From NCBI GenBank assembly GCA_030592575.1, contig JAUVIV010000003.1, positions 1 through 56,100 on the forward strand: 56,100 nt of DNA. Direction: 5' to 3'. The position numbers and the translations under genes were made by a program. The DNA is from a bacterium (GTDB taxonomy: Bacteria > Hydrothermota > UBA3073 > JACQXS01). This document shows, in pieces, positions 35,700 through 46,178 of the stretch. Below the pieces are notes generated by a model, which was not told the origin of the DNA, did no database searches, and saw only the letters and a program-made list of their open reading frames with translations. How positions within the stretch are numbered: position 1 is the stretch's first letter; each line of letters begins with the position of its first letter.

Positions 35700-38588
35700 A
35701 TGAAACGCTTCTTATTTCTTACGTCTTGTTTCTTGTTTTTTGCTACTTCTCTTAATGCAAACTATTGGGAGTTTGGACAAAACAAAGTTCAATACGAAAA
35801 ATTTGATTGGCAAGTAATAGATACTGATAATTTTAGTATTATCTATTATCCCGGAGGAGAATTACTTGCTGAATTTGCCAAAAGTGTTTTGGATGATGCG
35901 TATGGTTCTTTGTCTAACGCTCTTTCACATGACCCAAGCAAACGAATTCCTGTTATTATATATAAGTCTGCTAATGATTTCGAGCAGACAAATGTAACTC
36001 TTTCGATAATTGATGAAAATACAGGTGGTTTTGCTGAGTCGATTAAAAATCGTATTGTTATTCATTATAATGGAAATTACGAGAAGTTCAGGCATGTTTT
36101 GGCACATGAACTTACTCACCCATTTCAATTTAGTATGACCCGTGGTCCTGGTGGATTAGCATCTTTGCTTTCAACAACAGGTATTAATGCTGTTCCGTTA
36201 TGGTTTATTGAGGGAATGGCAGAATACTTTTCACTGAAGTGGGATGCCGAATCCGATATGATTATTAGAGACCTTATGTATTGGAATAAACTATATCCGA
36301 TTAATAAGCTTTATTTAATATCAGGCTCATATCCTATGTATAAGGAAGGACAATCAGTTGTAAAATTCATCGCAGACAGATATGGCGAGAAAAAGATTGG
36401 AGAGATATTTAGAAAAGCAAGTAGAATAGGAGGAATAAATAATGCGTTTGAAGCCGTGCTGGGGGTAGATACAAAGGAATTAAATCATCTCTGGATGAAA
36501 GAATTAAAAAAACATTATTGGGCTTTATGTTCTGAAAAAGATGAAGAGCCAAAGAAAGCTCGCAGACTCACAAAACATGAAGGGTATTTCCTGAATACAG
36601 CTTCTTCTATTTCTCCCGATGGTACTGAAATTGCCTTCTTTTCTGATCGTGATAGATATGAGAGTTTATATCTTATGTCAGCAATTGATGGAAGAATAAA
36701 AGCTAAATTAATTGGGGGAGGCAAGACAAGAGGATTTGAATCTTTACATGTTATGCAAGGAGGAATCGGGTGGCATCCAAATTCCAAGATAATAGCTTTC
36801 GTAGCAAAAACTCAAGGCAAAGATATTTTATATATTATGGATGTAAAACAGCGAAAAATAATAAAGCAATTCAAATTAGAGCTTGACCGAATTTTTTCTC
36901 CTTCTTTTTCGCCGGATGGTAAATTTATTGCAATTCGTGGAGTTAAAGACGGAGCCGCAGATATATATATATTAAATTATTTAACCGAAGAACTTTGGCC
37001 ATTAACTAATGACCAATATGATGATTTAACTCCATCGTGGTCTCCGGATGGGAAATATATAGTTTTCGCTTCGGATAGACCATTCGACGGTGAGGAATGG
37101 GAATATGGAAAATATACTCTTTTCAAATTATCCAAAAATGCTGAAATAATAGAACCTCAAATACTAATCAAATCTCTTGAAAGAGCTACTTATGTTGCTT
37201 ATCCTTTATGGCTATCTTCGGAAGTAAATGAAAATACGGATTCATTGAAAAACAATTCATTCGTAGATAATATTTTCTTCGTCTCAAATCGGGATGGTGT
37301 AAATAATTTGTACGTATTTAATATAGGAGATACATTACCTGCACAGCTTACAAATGTAATTGGTGGAATATTTACACCCTCCATTTCCAAATCAGGCAAA
37401 CTTCTTGCAATGTCAAGCTATATAAATTCAGGTTGGGATATATATATCTTGAAGAATCCTTTGAATAAAGGAGATTCACCCAATCCTCCAAAATCATATA
37501 ATACAAAATATACAAAAATAGCACAAGATACAGTTGAAATTGAGTCTGATAAATTAGGTCTTCGTTTTGCACCAGATTGGGGAGGTGGTGCTATTGAGTA
37601 TTCTGCCGGAGGAAATATTTCAGGAATACTTAGATTGGCAGCCTCGGATTTACTTGGTAATCACCGATTATATCTTGAAACATCATCACCTAATAATATA
37701 TTATCAAGCTACAATCTAACGTACTTTTATCTTCCGCAAAGATTAAACTTAGGAGTAACTACTTTCAAGGATGAATATTATTACTGGCTTAACTCGGATC
37801 GTATCTGCAGAAATGAAATTTTGGGTGGTGGTTTACTATTGAGTTGTCCAACTGATAAATTTCATAGAGCAGATTTAGAACTAATAGCTTATAAGCAGGA
37901 AGAAGAAACATATTTTTATCAGGAAACTAACAGCAATCTTGAACCAAAAAGTCTTGATATAGAATCATACTATCAAGTTGCTACTTCCCTTGCCTGGATA
38001 TATGATAATTCTGTCTGGGGATACACGGGTCCTATGTTTGGGCAACGAGGTAAAATAAGTATGTATTCTACGCTACCAGCTATTCGCCCTACCTTGCTTT
38101 ACAACTTATATAAATTAGATTTTCGCAAATATATAGGAATCGGCAAAAGACATTCATTTGCTGTGAGATTAATGAATTTGGGAATATGGGGTAAAGACGA
38201 AGAAAAGATGGGAGATATTTGGCTCGGAGGATCTGAAGATTTAAGAGGATATGCAATTCAAGACTCTATAGCTGGTAAAAATGTTGGAGTCTTAAATCTT
38301 GAATTCAGATACCCATTCATTGACCAAATTAATATTTCTTTCCCAGTTCCTATCCAAATCAGGGGAATACGAGGAGCTTTGTTTTGCGATTTTGGATATG
38401 CAACAGATGACACGTATAAACTTGGTTTATACGAAAACGGAAGACTTCAAGATTTGAAATTTGATTTTGGAGCAGGGATAAGAATGAGAACACCTTATTT
38501 TATCGTGAAGTTTAACTGTGCCTGGAACAGTGATTTCGTATATACTTCCAAACAGTATCTTTCCATTTCCTTGATGCCCGAATTTTAA
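35700..38588 (+). CDS. Omp85/BamA-family barrel fused to a zincin (peptidase MA-like) domain and PD40/TolB propeller
   Basis: FGQNKVQY, HELTH..WFIEGMAEY, SPDG repeats, GGSEDLRGY, LEFRYP, C-terminal F. Confidence 0.88.
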   Translation: MKRFLFLTSCFLFFATSLNANYWEFGQNKVQYEKFDWQVIDTDNFSIIYYPGGELLAEFAKSVLDDAYGSLSNALSHDPSKRIPVIIYKSANDFEQTNVTLSIIDENTGGFAESIKNRIVIHYNGNYEKFRHVLAHELTHPFQFSMTRGPGGLASLLSTTGINAVPLWFIEGMAEYFSLKWDAESDMIIRDLMYWNKLYPINKLYLISGSYPMYKEGQSVVKFIADRYGEKKIGEIFRKASRIGGINNAFEAVLGVDTKELNHLWMKELKKHYWALCSEKDEEPKKARRLTKHEGYFLNTASSISPDGTEIAFFSDRDRYESLYLMSAIDGRIKAKLIGGGKTRGFESLHVMQGGIGWHPNSKIIAFVAKTQGKDILYIMDVKQRKIIKQFKLELDRIFSPSFSPDGKFIAIRGVKDGAADIYILNYLTEELWPLTNDQYDDLTPSWSPDGKYIVFASDRPFDGEEWEYGKYTLFKLSKNAEIIEPQILIKSLERATYVAYPLWLSSEVNENTDSLKNNSFVDNIFFVSNRDGVNNLYVFNIGDTLPAQLTNVIGGIFTPSISKSGKLLAMSSYINSGWDIYILKNPLNKGDSPNPPKSYNTKYTKIAQDTVEIESDKLGLRFAPDWGGGAIEYSAGGNISGILRLAASDLLGNHRLYLETSSPNNILSSYNLTYFYLPQRLNLGVTTFKDEYYYWLNSDRICRNEILGGGLLLSCPTDKFHRADLELIAYKQEEETYFYQETNSNLEPKSLDIESYYQVATSLAWIYDNSVWGYTGPMFGQRGKISMYSTLPAIRPTLLYNLYKLDFRKYIGIGKRHSFAVRLMNLGIWGKDEEKMGDIWLGGSEDLRGYAIQDSIAGKNVGVLNLEFRYPFIDQINISFPVPIQIRGIRGALFCDFGYATDDTYKLGLYENGRLQDLKFDFGAGIRMRTPYFIVKFNCAWNSDFVYTSKQYLSISLMPEF

Positions 38589-38679
38589 TCTCCTAATGGT
38601 AATGTCCCATAGTTGTAAATTTCTTAACTCTCAACTTTATAACTGCCTCTGCTGAAAAAATTCGTAATTTTACACAACA

Positions 38680-40380
38680 TTATTTGAGAAACACTATTTG
38701 GATTCTGTGTGTCTTCTTTTTTGAGGTTAACACACAAAAATAAATTCCGGAAGAACTTAAAGTACTGTTATTTGTTTCTCCATTCCAATTGGCAAGGTAG
38801 ATTCCTGATGATTTCTGTTCATTAACAAGTGTTCTGACAAGCATGCCTGATAAATTATAAATACACAATGAAACCGGAACTTTTCCTTTGCCTTGTATCG
38901 TATATCTAATTGCAGTAGAGCGAGTAAAAGGATTCGGATTGCTTGCAAGCACATTAAGTTCTTGTTTATAGCTTCTTTCTTCAACGCTCGAGGCTGAATC
39001 CTTGAATATTTGAGTTCGCCAGGTATTATGAATTTTCCAATGATGAGATTCTTTACGAGGAACTGTCAGGTCATCATTAATATTTGTAATATGATATTGA
39101 ATATCAGACCATATATCCCTGTGATTTGCCCACGCTGTATCATCTTCTAATACTCCAATACCTCCTACACTATATACGCTAACTATCTCAACCACATTAT
39201 CACCATCTACATCTCCTACAGTTCCGTATTCTCCTGTATAATTAACAAATGCTGAATCCCTATAAAATGGATTACCACTGTTATCAGGATGATTGCCATC
39301 AGTACCATTATATATTGCTAAATACTCTCTACCAGACATTATAACATCTCTATCCCCATCTCCATCAATATCACAAATAACTGCTGCTACGTTAGGCCAC
39401 CAACTTATTTGTGCCCCATTTTCTTTTTTCCATACAAGTTGACCTCCAGTACCTGTTGAATTTTCTCTCATGCAGTACATATAACCCTTGTTATCAAAAT
39501 TTTTGTCACCTCTATAAATTACTATCTCTGGTAAACAATCAGGTAAAAAATCAAGGTCAGCAATTGCTATTTCGCACGAAAACTTTAAACTATCCGGGGT
39601 ATAAGACCATCTTAAATTTCCATTTCTTTCCAGACAATAAAGTGTTTTCCCACAACCTACTACAATTTCTGCATAACAATCTAAATCTATATCAGCTATA
39701 GCAGGCCATGTACTCGTAGTGCATGGAAAATTCCAAAGAGAACTTCCATCTATCCCTTTAAGACACCAAATACCATTATACCTTGTTGCAACTATAATTT
39801 CCGGGCTACCATTTTCATCAATATCACTTATTGCTATGTAGCCTTTCTTGTCAGAAGCCCATTTGACTGACCCATCACTATTAAGACAATAAAAACTGTC
39901 TGAATCACTGGTCAAAATCTCAGCATCTCCTATAGTGTCCACATTAGCAATCAGTGGGGATATAAACTTGCCACTACGAGTCCACTTCACAGTACCATTT
40001 GATGAAAAGCAATAAAGGAGTTCAGTACTATCTACGCCCCTATTTGAAACTATGATCTCAGGATCACCATCGGCATCTAAATCAGCTATCGCAGGTGACC
40101 CACCTATCCAATGGTCCCAACTGGTACTTCCTAAGTTATATGACCACTTAACACCTCCGGCAATACCATCAACACAATAAAGATATGCACTGTCAAAGGG
40201 TTCGTTAGAGATCATTATAATTTCAGACCCCGGAATACCATCTATATTAGCGAATACTGGCACTGAAAGGTTATAGTCATGCGGGTCAAACGACCACTTT
40301 AAATAAGGAGTGCCAAATCCTCCAAACGATTTACCTGCTATGAATATAAAAAAGCACAGAATATATCTTATTCTTTTCAT
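38680..40380 (-). CDS. FG-GAP/PQQ-like beta-propeller secreted protein with FlgD/T9SS-like CTD
   Basis: Repeated (P)AIADLDxDGxxEI and GxVKW; CTD 'PNPF..IYNLSG..VRTL..SGIYF'; SD GAGGAGG before MKRIRY. Confidence 0.85.
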   Translation of the reverse strand: MKRIRYILCFFIFIAGKSFGGFGTPYLKWSFDPHDYNLSVPVFANIDGIPGSEIIMISNEPFDSAYLYCVDGIAGGVKWSYNLGSTSWDHWIGGSPAIADLDADGDPEIIVSNRGVDSTELLYCFSSNGTVKWTRSGKFISPLIANVDTIGDAEILTSDSDSFYCLNSDGSVKWASDKKGYIAISDIDENGSPEIIVATRYNGIWCLKGIDGSSLWNFPCTTSTWPAIADIDLDCYAEIVVGCGKTLYCLERNGNLRWSYTPDSLKFSCEIAIADLDFLPDCLPEIVIYRGDKNFDNKGYMYCMRENSTGTGGQLVWKKENGAQISWWPNVAAVICDIDGDGDRDVIMSGREYLAIYNGTDGNHPDNSGNPFYRDSAFVNYTGEYGTVGDVDGDNVVEIVSVYSVGGIGVLEDDTAWANHRDIWSDIQYHITNINDDLTVPRKESHHWKIHNTWRTQIFKDSASSVEERSYKQELNVLASNPNPFTRSTAIRYTIQGKGKVPVSLCIYNLSGMLVRTLVNEQKSSGIYLANWNGETNNSTLSSSGIYFCVLTSKKKTHRIQIVFLK

Positions 40381-40506
40381 ATTTCCTCCTCTTTTTATTC
40401 TAATGTTTAAAAAGTAGAAATTGTCAAGTTTTTTTTGGTTTTTATATAAACTTTCTAAAGATAAGTAGCTACAAATAATTAGAAAAAGAAACAGGTCTTT
40501 CATATC

Positions 40507-40683
40507 ATTTTAATGTTGAGTTGGCGCAGATAGTTGCTTGTAGCTATTTGAGATTCTTTACGGAGTTTATCCTGATGCAAGAATTGAGACCATTCACGGA
40601 GCCTGTCCTGACAACTACGAGATTCTTCATTTCATTCAGAATGACAGAGGAAATGATTATTTATGCCATGCCAAGATTAAAAT
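40507..40683. mobile_element. MITE-like composite repeat (copy 2)
   Basis: Same termini as 5555-5772, with different nested GAGATTC..AGAATGAC cargo. Confidence 0.75.
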
Positions 40684-40746
40684 CGTATCATCCATTGGAA
40701 CAGAACTTTCGTAGAATTTCCCAGATATTAATATAGGAAACCCTCC

Positions 40747-40782
40747 AAAAAAACAATGTGGGACAAGATTACCTTGCCCCAC
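40747..40782 (-). terminator. Intrinsic terminator of the OMP gene
   Basis: Minus strand GTGGGGCAAG-GTAAT-CTTGTCCCAC followed by ATTGTTTTTTT. Confidence 0.7.
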
Positions 40783-40819
40783 TGTTTTATAATATTGTCT
40801 AAATTATGTGTTGTTTCTC

Positions 40820-41416
40820 TTATAGATACCAGAAAAACATAAGACTGAAATATAGATTTCCCAAAAGTATGTTAGTAATTGATGGTTCCTTGGTTGTTGT
40901 TGTTTGACCACCAGATTCCATTTTGTTCTCTTCAGAGCTACCACCGAAAAAGTTTTCGGACGAGATACATACTGAAAAATTAGGAGTTACAAAGTGCTCT
41001 AAGGCAAGTCCAAGTGGTATCCCATAAGTTGTTGTAGAATTTGTTATCTTGCTACTACTTGTTGTATAGTAGTCATAAATATCTTTTAACATATCAAATC
41101 CGAATCCGAATGTGCCGTAAAGATTGGACTTTTCTTTCTTTATGAAAGGAAAGAGTCCTCTTATGCTAAATCCTATGTCTGAGTTAGTGATTTTAAGACT
41201 GTCAATTTCATTATCTGAGGTATATAAGGAATAAAGAACACTTGGTTCAATCACAACAGGTCCTACTCCTACTCGCATACTAAAATATGCAGGTTCCCAG
41301 ATTGAACCTCCTGGGTATGGTCCAACTCCAAATCCTATCTTTTTGTTCATATCAACTGCAGATGCTGTTCCTCCGATGACTATGACTGCAGCTATAATCG
41401 CTACAAATTTCTTCAT
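40820..41416 (-). CDS. Small outer membrane beta-barrel protein
   Basis: SD GGAGG; signal peptide ending ASA; amphipathic strands; C-terminal FFWYL. Confidence 0.8.
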   Translation of the reverse strand: MKKFVAIIAAVIVIGGTASAVDMNKKIGFGVGPYPGGSIWEPAYFSMRVGVGPVVIEPSVLYSLYTSDNEIDSLKITNSDIGFSIRGLFPFIKKEKSNLYGTFGFGFDMLKDIYDYYTTSSSKITNSTTTYGIPLGLALEHFVTPNFSVCISSENFFGGSSEENKMESGGQTTTTKEPSITNILLGNLYFSLMFFWYL

Positions 41417-41600
41417 CTTTCCCTCCTTTTGTAACCCCACCTTAATGTGGAATATATTTTTATATTTATAAAAAAAGTTACTTGATTCTTACTAAAAAAA
41501 ATTACTCTGTCAAGAATAATCTTAATTTTAAGGTTGCAACTTTCTATTTCCTGTTTTATATTGTTTTTAAGAATAAATTAAAATCACAAGCCTAATAATT

Positions 41601-42776
41601 ATGAAAAAAAATATTACAGCTAACATCCCAACTTACTCGGTGAATGAAACTTTATTAAATAGGAAATATCATTTTCTAACAGCTGGCGGACTTCCTTCTA
41701 AAAAGGAAGTAAATAAAGCATATAAATTATTACTGAGTACTTTATCCATATCTCCTAAATCTACTGTATTTAATTTGGAATGTGGTTATGGGAATATAGG
41801 GATTGTTCTGGCAAATTTAGCTTCTTCCGGTTTTGTACATCTTATAGATCGTAATATAAGAGCTCAAAGATTTGCGGAAATTAATCTCAAAAGTAATAAT
41901 GTTTACAATGCAAAAGTTGTACTTGCTGATACCGTTGAAGAGATAGAAAAGATTTCATTTGATGTCGGAGTAACTGCCCCTTCTGTTCACAAGGGGTCAA
42001 AATACCTCTATGAATTAATAGAGATGGGCATTACATTATTGAAAGAAGGTGGTGAATTTTATTTTGTCGGCAAAACAGATAAAGGCGTACGAAGTGTTGT
42101 GCGACAAACAGAAGAACAGTTTGGCAATGTAGAGATTTTGCGAAAACGTAACAAATGGTGGGTAGTTAAAGTTATAAAGAAAACAAAAGCCAAAATATAT
42201 GACCCTCGGAATTATGAGCGTATAATAGAAGAAAAATTAGAAGATGGAACATATAAATTTTTTACCAAATGTGGACTTTTTTCTATCAAAAGAATTGATA
42301 AAGGCACAAAACTCTTATTGGATTCTATAGAAAAAGAAAATGCTCCTACTAACAAAATTCTGGATTGGGGATGCGGATATGGTGCAATTGGCATTCTGAT
42401 GGCAGCATCTAATAAACAGGCAGAAGTATATTTAATGGATTCAGATTTACGAGCATATAAAGCTGCTCAAAAAAATATTTCCTTAAATGGTATAAAGAAT
42501 GCAGAAGCATATTTAAGTGATTCTGCTTTGATTTTCAAAAACATTAAATTTAGCAAAGTAATTACAAATCCTCCCACACACAGTGGAAATGATGTATGCT
42601 TCCAAATAATACAGGAAGCTTACCAATTATTGGATAAGAATGGACAATTCTATATGGTTGTAATGAGGCCCATTGGATACGAGAAGGAAATAACACGTAT
42701 TTTTGGCAATGTTAAAAGATTACAAGAAAAAAACGGCTACACGATTTTGCAATCCCAAAAAGGATATTCTTCCTAA
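41601..42776 (+). CDS. Two-domain class I SAM methyltransferase (RsmC/RlmG-like)
   Basis: C-domain GLFS..IDKGT, ILDWGCGYG, TNPPTH; degenerate N-domain NLECGYG. Confidence 0.85.
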   Translation: MKKNITANIPTYSVNETLLNRKYHFLTAGGLPSKKEVNKAYKLLLSTLSISPKSTVFNLECGYGNIGIVLANLASSGFVHLIDRNIRAQRFAEINLKSNNVYNAKVVLADTVEEIEKISFDVGVTAPSVHKGSKYLYELIEMGITLLKEGGEFYFVGKTDKGVRSVVRQTEEQFGNVEILRKRNKWWVVKVIKKTKAKIYDPRNYERIIEEKLEDGTYKFFTKCGLFSIKRIDKGTKLLLDSIEKENAPTNKILDWGCGYGAIGILMAASNKQAEVYLMDSDLRAYKAAQKNISLNGIKNAEAYLSDSALIFKNIKFSKVITNPPTHSGNDVCFQIIQEAYQLLDKNGQFYMVVMRPIGYEKEITRIFGNVKRLQEKNGYTILQSQKGYSS

Positions 42777-42887
42777 TTAATATAATTTAAGAGTTAAGAT
42801 TTCTGATCTGCGAAAATGGCAAAAAAACACTCTTTACTTTGTTTCTGTATTCTCTCGTTAGCTATTACTTTCACTTTTGAAATGCTT

Positions 42888-43047
42888 TTTTGGAGTGCAA
42901 CCTTGAACTTGTTTCAGTGGCTGTTTTTGTCATTGCAAACCCTTCGCTTGTCATTCGAACCCTTCTTCTGTCATTCTGAACGAAGTGAAGAATCTCGCTC
43001 AGAGCAAGCTTCGTGAAGCAATAGCAATGACAGTTGATATACTCCAT
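42888..43047. repeat. Nested composite: TGGAGTGC..ACTCCA shell enclosing three stacked TGTCATT starts
   Basis: TGTCATTGCAAA-CCCTTCGCT-TGTCATTCGAA-CCCTTCTTC-TGTCATTCTGAACGAAGTGAAGAATCTC..GAAGCAAT..CAATGACA. Confidence 0.8.
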
Positions 43048-43050
43048 ATT

Positions 43051-44670
43051 TTAATACATTCTTCTTATTATTAGTTCGGCAATGAGTAAAAGAAGCACAA
43101 ATATGAAAAACCATTTTTTGATGCTTATTTGCTCTCGTTGATGTTTAAGTTCGAGTGATGAAGAAACGAGAGAGTTGCTCAGATTTACTGCAAATTTTGT
43201 TATTTCGGGGATTTCATAAACTCCGGGGGACATAGGTGTGAAGCGTATGTAGATTCCATCAGATTCAACTTTTGGTGTAAGTGTTTTTGTTTGTATGGAA
43301 AATTCATTGGTTGTCTTTATGCATTTGTAGGACTTAGATTTTGGCACTTTGAATCTCACAGGTTCACCAACGAGAAAGTTGTATTGCTCTATAGGTTTGC
43401 CTGCGAGATAATAAGCTGTACGATGCATCAAAGGAACGAAAAGCGGTGAAAGGACAAAGTCTCCTGCTTCTCGGCTCAATGGAAATGAAAAAACCAATGT
43501 TTGTGGAGCAGGTTCAATAATTGCAGGAGTTCCGTCAGAGAATCTTGCAATTATTTTGCTTTGGGCAATCGTTAAGGTTGCCTCTACATTTTCTCTTTGA
43601 GTAAATTTTACTTTTTTGAGTTCTGATAGGTGTTTAAATCCACTAAATATTGGATGGCTCTCAAGAATTTTATCAAGCGTGAGAAATCCTGCTATTTTCT
43701 GAGAGTTTGCAGGCAAAGAAAGAGTCTTTGTTGAGAATTTTTGTTGTGAGTTGAAGAAGGTTATTACATCGTATTGAGATGGAGCTATAAGTTTTTGACT
43801 GATTTTTATATTAATTCTTGAATTGGTTTCGGATGGAGAAAGAGCATTTTTCAAGAAATACGTATCTTTAGAATTACCAACTAATAAAACTTTCAATTTA
43901 GGAGAAGGTACATAAACGAAATATCTTGTATTATCAAGAGAGAGAGCATCTTGTTCTTCTATTTTTACTGAGCCCGCACAAGCTTCGGAAAACATAGGGA
44001 AAATTGCTGTGCTTGTTGAATATGGGGGAATTGTAAGTTGTAAACTCAAAGTTGTGAGTTGTGAGTTAAAAGTTATGAGTTTTTGTCTCTCTTGCCCTGT
44101 ATGATTTGTTACAAAAGCGAGGAAGGAGGACTTAAAAGCAATTGAGTCTATTGAAAAATTATCTTTCTTTCCCGTAAGTTCTATGAGTTTTGCTTTTCCA
44201 ATAAGAGTATCTGGTAATTTTCCGACTTTAGTGATTATATAATCCACATTTTTGGTCGGCAAAGAGAATTTCTGATATTTACATTTAGATGGATAAGACT
44301 CTCCCGATGCGAGTAATATTTTTGTGTCCTTAAGTTTATCGGTTGTTTTGATTGCTCTCTCAAAAAGAGTACGAGCTCCATCTAAAGCTTGCATATCCCA
44401 AGAGTCATCAAGGATTGCGATTTGTTGCTTGCGAAAAATAGATGGATTTGCGAATCCAAGAATTAAAAAAAATATGGCGAGAGTTCGTAATACAAGGAGT
44501 ATAATGTCCTTGAGTTTTCTAAGTGAGCGTTGTCCGTGTTCGGCAGATTTAAGAAGTGAGATTGATGGAAACCATATTTGCTTTAATCGGTGTCGATGCC
44601 ATAAATGGATTAAGAAAGGAATTGGTAATGCCAGAAGCCCAAATAAGAAAAGTGGAGAAAGGAAATTCAT
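43051..44670 (-). CDS. BatA-domain membrane protein
   Basis: N-terminal 'FLSPLFL..PFLIHL..FPS..LLVLR..FANP'; C-terminal 'LLLIAE'. Confidence 0.85.
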   Translation of the reverse strand: MNFLSPLFLFGLLALPIPFLIHLWHRHRLKQIWFPSISLLKSAEHGQRSLRKLKDIILLVLRTLAIFFLILGFANPSIFRKQQIAILDDSWDMQALDGARTLFERAIKTTDKLKDTKILLASGESYPSKCKYQKFSLPTKNVDYIITKVGKLPDTLIGKAKLIELTGKKDNFSIDSIAFKSSFLAFVTNHTGQERQKLITFNSQLTTLSLQLTIPPYSTSTAIFPMFSEACAGSVKIEEQDALSLDNTRYFVYVPSPKLKVLLVGNSKDTYFLKNALSPSETNSRINIKISQKLIAPSQYDVITFFNSQQKFSTKTLSLPANSQKIAGFLTLDKILESHPIFSGFKHLSELKKVKFTQRENVEATLTIAQSKIIARFSDGTPAIIEPAPQTLVFSFPLSREAGDFVLSPLFVPLMHRTAYYLAGKPIEQYNFLVGEPVRFKVPKSKSYKCIKTTNEFSIQTKTLTPKVESDGIYIRFTPMSPGVYEIPEITKFAVNLSNSLVSSSLELKHQREQISIKKWFFIFVLLLLIAELIIRRMY

Positions 44671-45542
44671 TTTATTTTTCTACGTCTTGCAAGATAAAAA
44701 GTTAGAGCTTTTTCAATAGGTTCAGAGGTAGAGGACAAAATATAATCAATATTATGTGAATGAAAGTTATGTCGGTAAGTATCTATAAGTTTTTTAAGTT
44801 CCTGCTGGTAGGTTTGTTTCATTTCAGGTGTTATCGGAGTTTCCTCATTAGTTTCAAGGTCTTTAAGGATTGCAGATTCTTTGAAAGAAAAATTAAGTTC
44901 AGATGGGTCAAGTATATGAAAGACTATGACTTCGTTTTTTCTGTATCTTATGTTTTTGAGTGCTTTAATTATATCTGCTTCAGGAGCAAGGAGGTCGGAC
45001 AAGAAAATTACTATACCTTTCTTTTTAATCCTTGCCGAGATTTCATTCAGAACTTCCGGGACTTTAGTTTGTTTAGATGGTTTTGCTTTATCTAAAACCT
45101 TTAGGATTCTGGATAGCTGAAGTTTTGTTCCGGATGGAGGAAGATAAGAGCTAATCTTTTCATCAAAGAGAGTAAAAGAGACTGCGTCTTTCTGGCGGAC
45201 AAGAAGCCATGAAAGACAAGCTCCGAGAGTTGCAGCATACTCAAATTTTGTTGTATTATTTGAGCCATAGCCCATAGAGTTTGAACCATCAAGAATAATA
45301 TGAACTAAAGAATTTGTTTCTTCTTCAAATTGTTTGGTATATAATCTTTCTCTACGAGCATATATTTTCCAATCTATACGCTTTGGTTCATCTCCCGGTT
45401 GATAAGGTCTATGTTCTCGGAATTCAAGGGAAAATCCATGATAAGGACTACGATGTATCCCAACAAGAAAGCCCTCAACGATGAGCTTTGCCCTGAGCTC
45501 CATTGACTTTATCTTGGAAAGGGTTTTAGGGTCAATCCACAT
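44667..45542 (-). CDS. DUF58 family (vWA-like) protein
   Basis: GIHRSPYHGFSLEFREHRPYQPGD..IDWK, EEE, DGSNSM, LSD. Confidence 0.93.
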   Translation of the reverse strand: MWIDPKTLSKIKSMELRAKLIVEGFLVGIHRSPYHGFSLEFREHRPYQPGDEPKRIDWKIYARRERLYTKQFEEETNSLVHIILDGSNSMGYGSNNTTKFEYAATLGACLSWLLVRQKDAVSFTLFDEKISSYLPPSGTKLQLSRILKVLDKAKPSKQTKVPEVLNEISARIKKKGIVIFLSDLLAPEADIIKALKNIRYRKNEVIVFHILDPSELNFSFKESAILKDLETNEETPITPEMKQTYQQELKKLIDTYRHNFHSHNIDYILSSTSEPIEKALTFYLARRRKIK

Positions 45543-45717
45543 AATAATAGAGAGGAAATAAAAATCTCTTGTCTTTTATCTTAAGTCTATGGTCTTATTT
45601 TTGAACTGTCAAACTCTTTTTGGGAATTTTCTTGACAATTAAGAGAGGAAAAGATAATTTACTTTGTAAGAACAAAAAATATAATCCTATAAAAATAATA
45701 AACTGGAGGTATTGTAA

Positions 45718-46035
45718 GTGGGAAAGATTAATCTGAAAGAGCATAATGTAAAGGGAATATGGGTGCCACAGGAAATTGGGTTTGTAAATAATACTGCTTT
45801 AAGAATTGCAAAACTCAAAGGAGATTATAAGTGGCATATACATAAAGAAGAGGACGAGTTTTTTCTGGTGATAAAAGGCTCAATATGCATAGATACCGAG
45901 AAAGAAACAGTTGAACTAAAGGAATGGGAAGGATATCTTGTTAAGGCAGGATTAAAACATCGCTCAAGAGCATCGGAAGTAGCAACTGTTCTTATAGTTG
46001 AACCAATAAAAACTAATACAAAGGGCGAGAAATAG
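45718..46035 (+). CDS. Cupin domain protein
   Basis: GTG start with GGAGG; WHIHKEEDEFF..KH. Confidence 0.9.
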   Translation: MGKINLKEHNVKGIWVPQEIGFVNNTALRIAKLKGDYKWHIHKEEDEFFLVIKGSICIDTEKETVELKEWEGYLVKAGLKHRSRASEVATVLIVEPIKTNTKGEK

Positions 46036-46178
46036 AGTCCAAATATTGAAACAAATTTTTTTGCTTGCATTTCAAACTAAATTGTTCCTATCAAATATTT
46101 ATGTGTTTTCCGTAAACTCTATGGTTCACATCATTTTTCCTTGACAATGAATAGGATTGCAATATATTTTTGGCAAAT

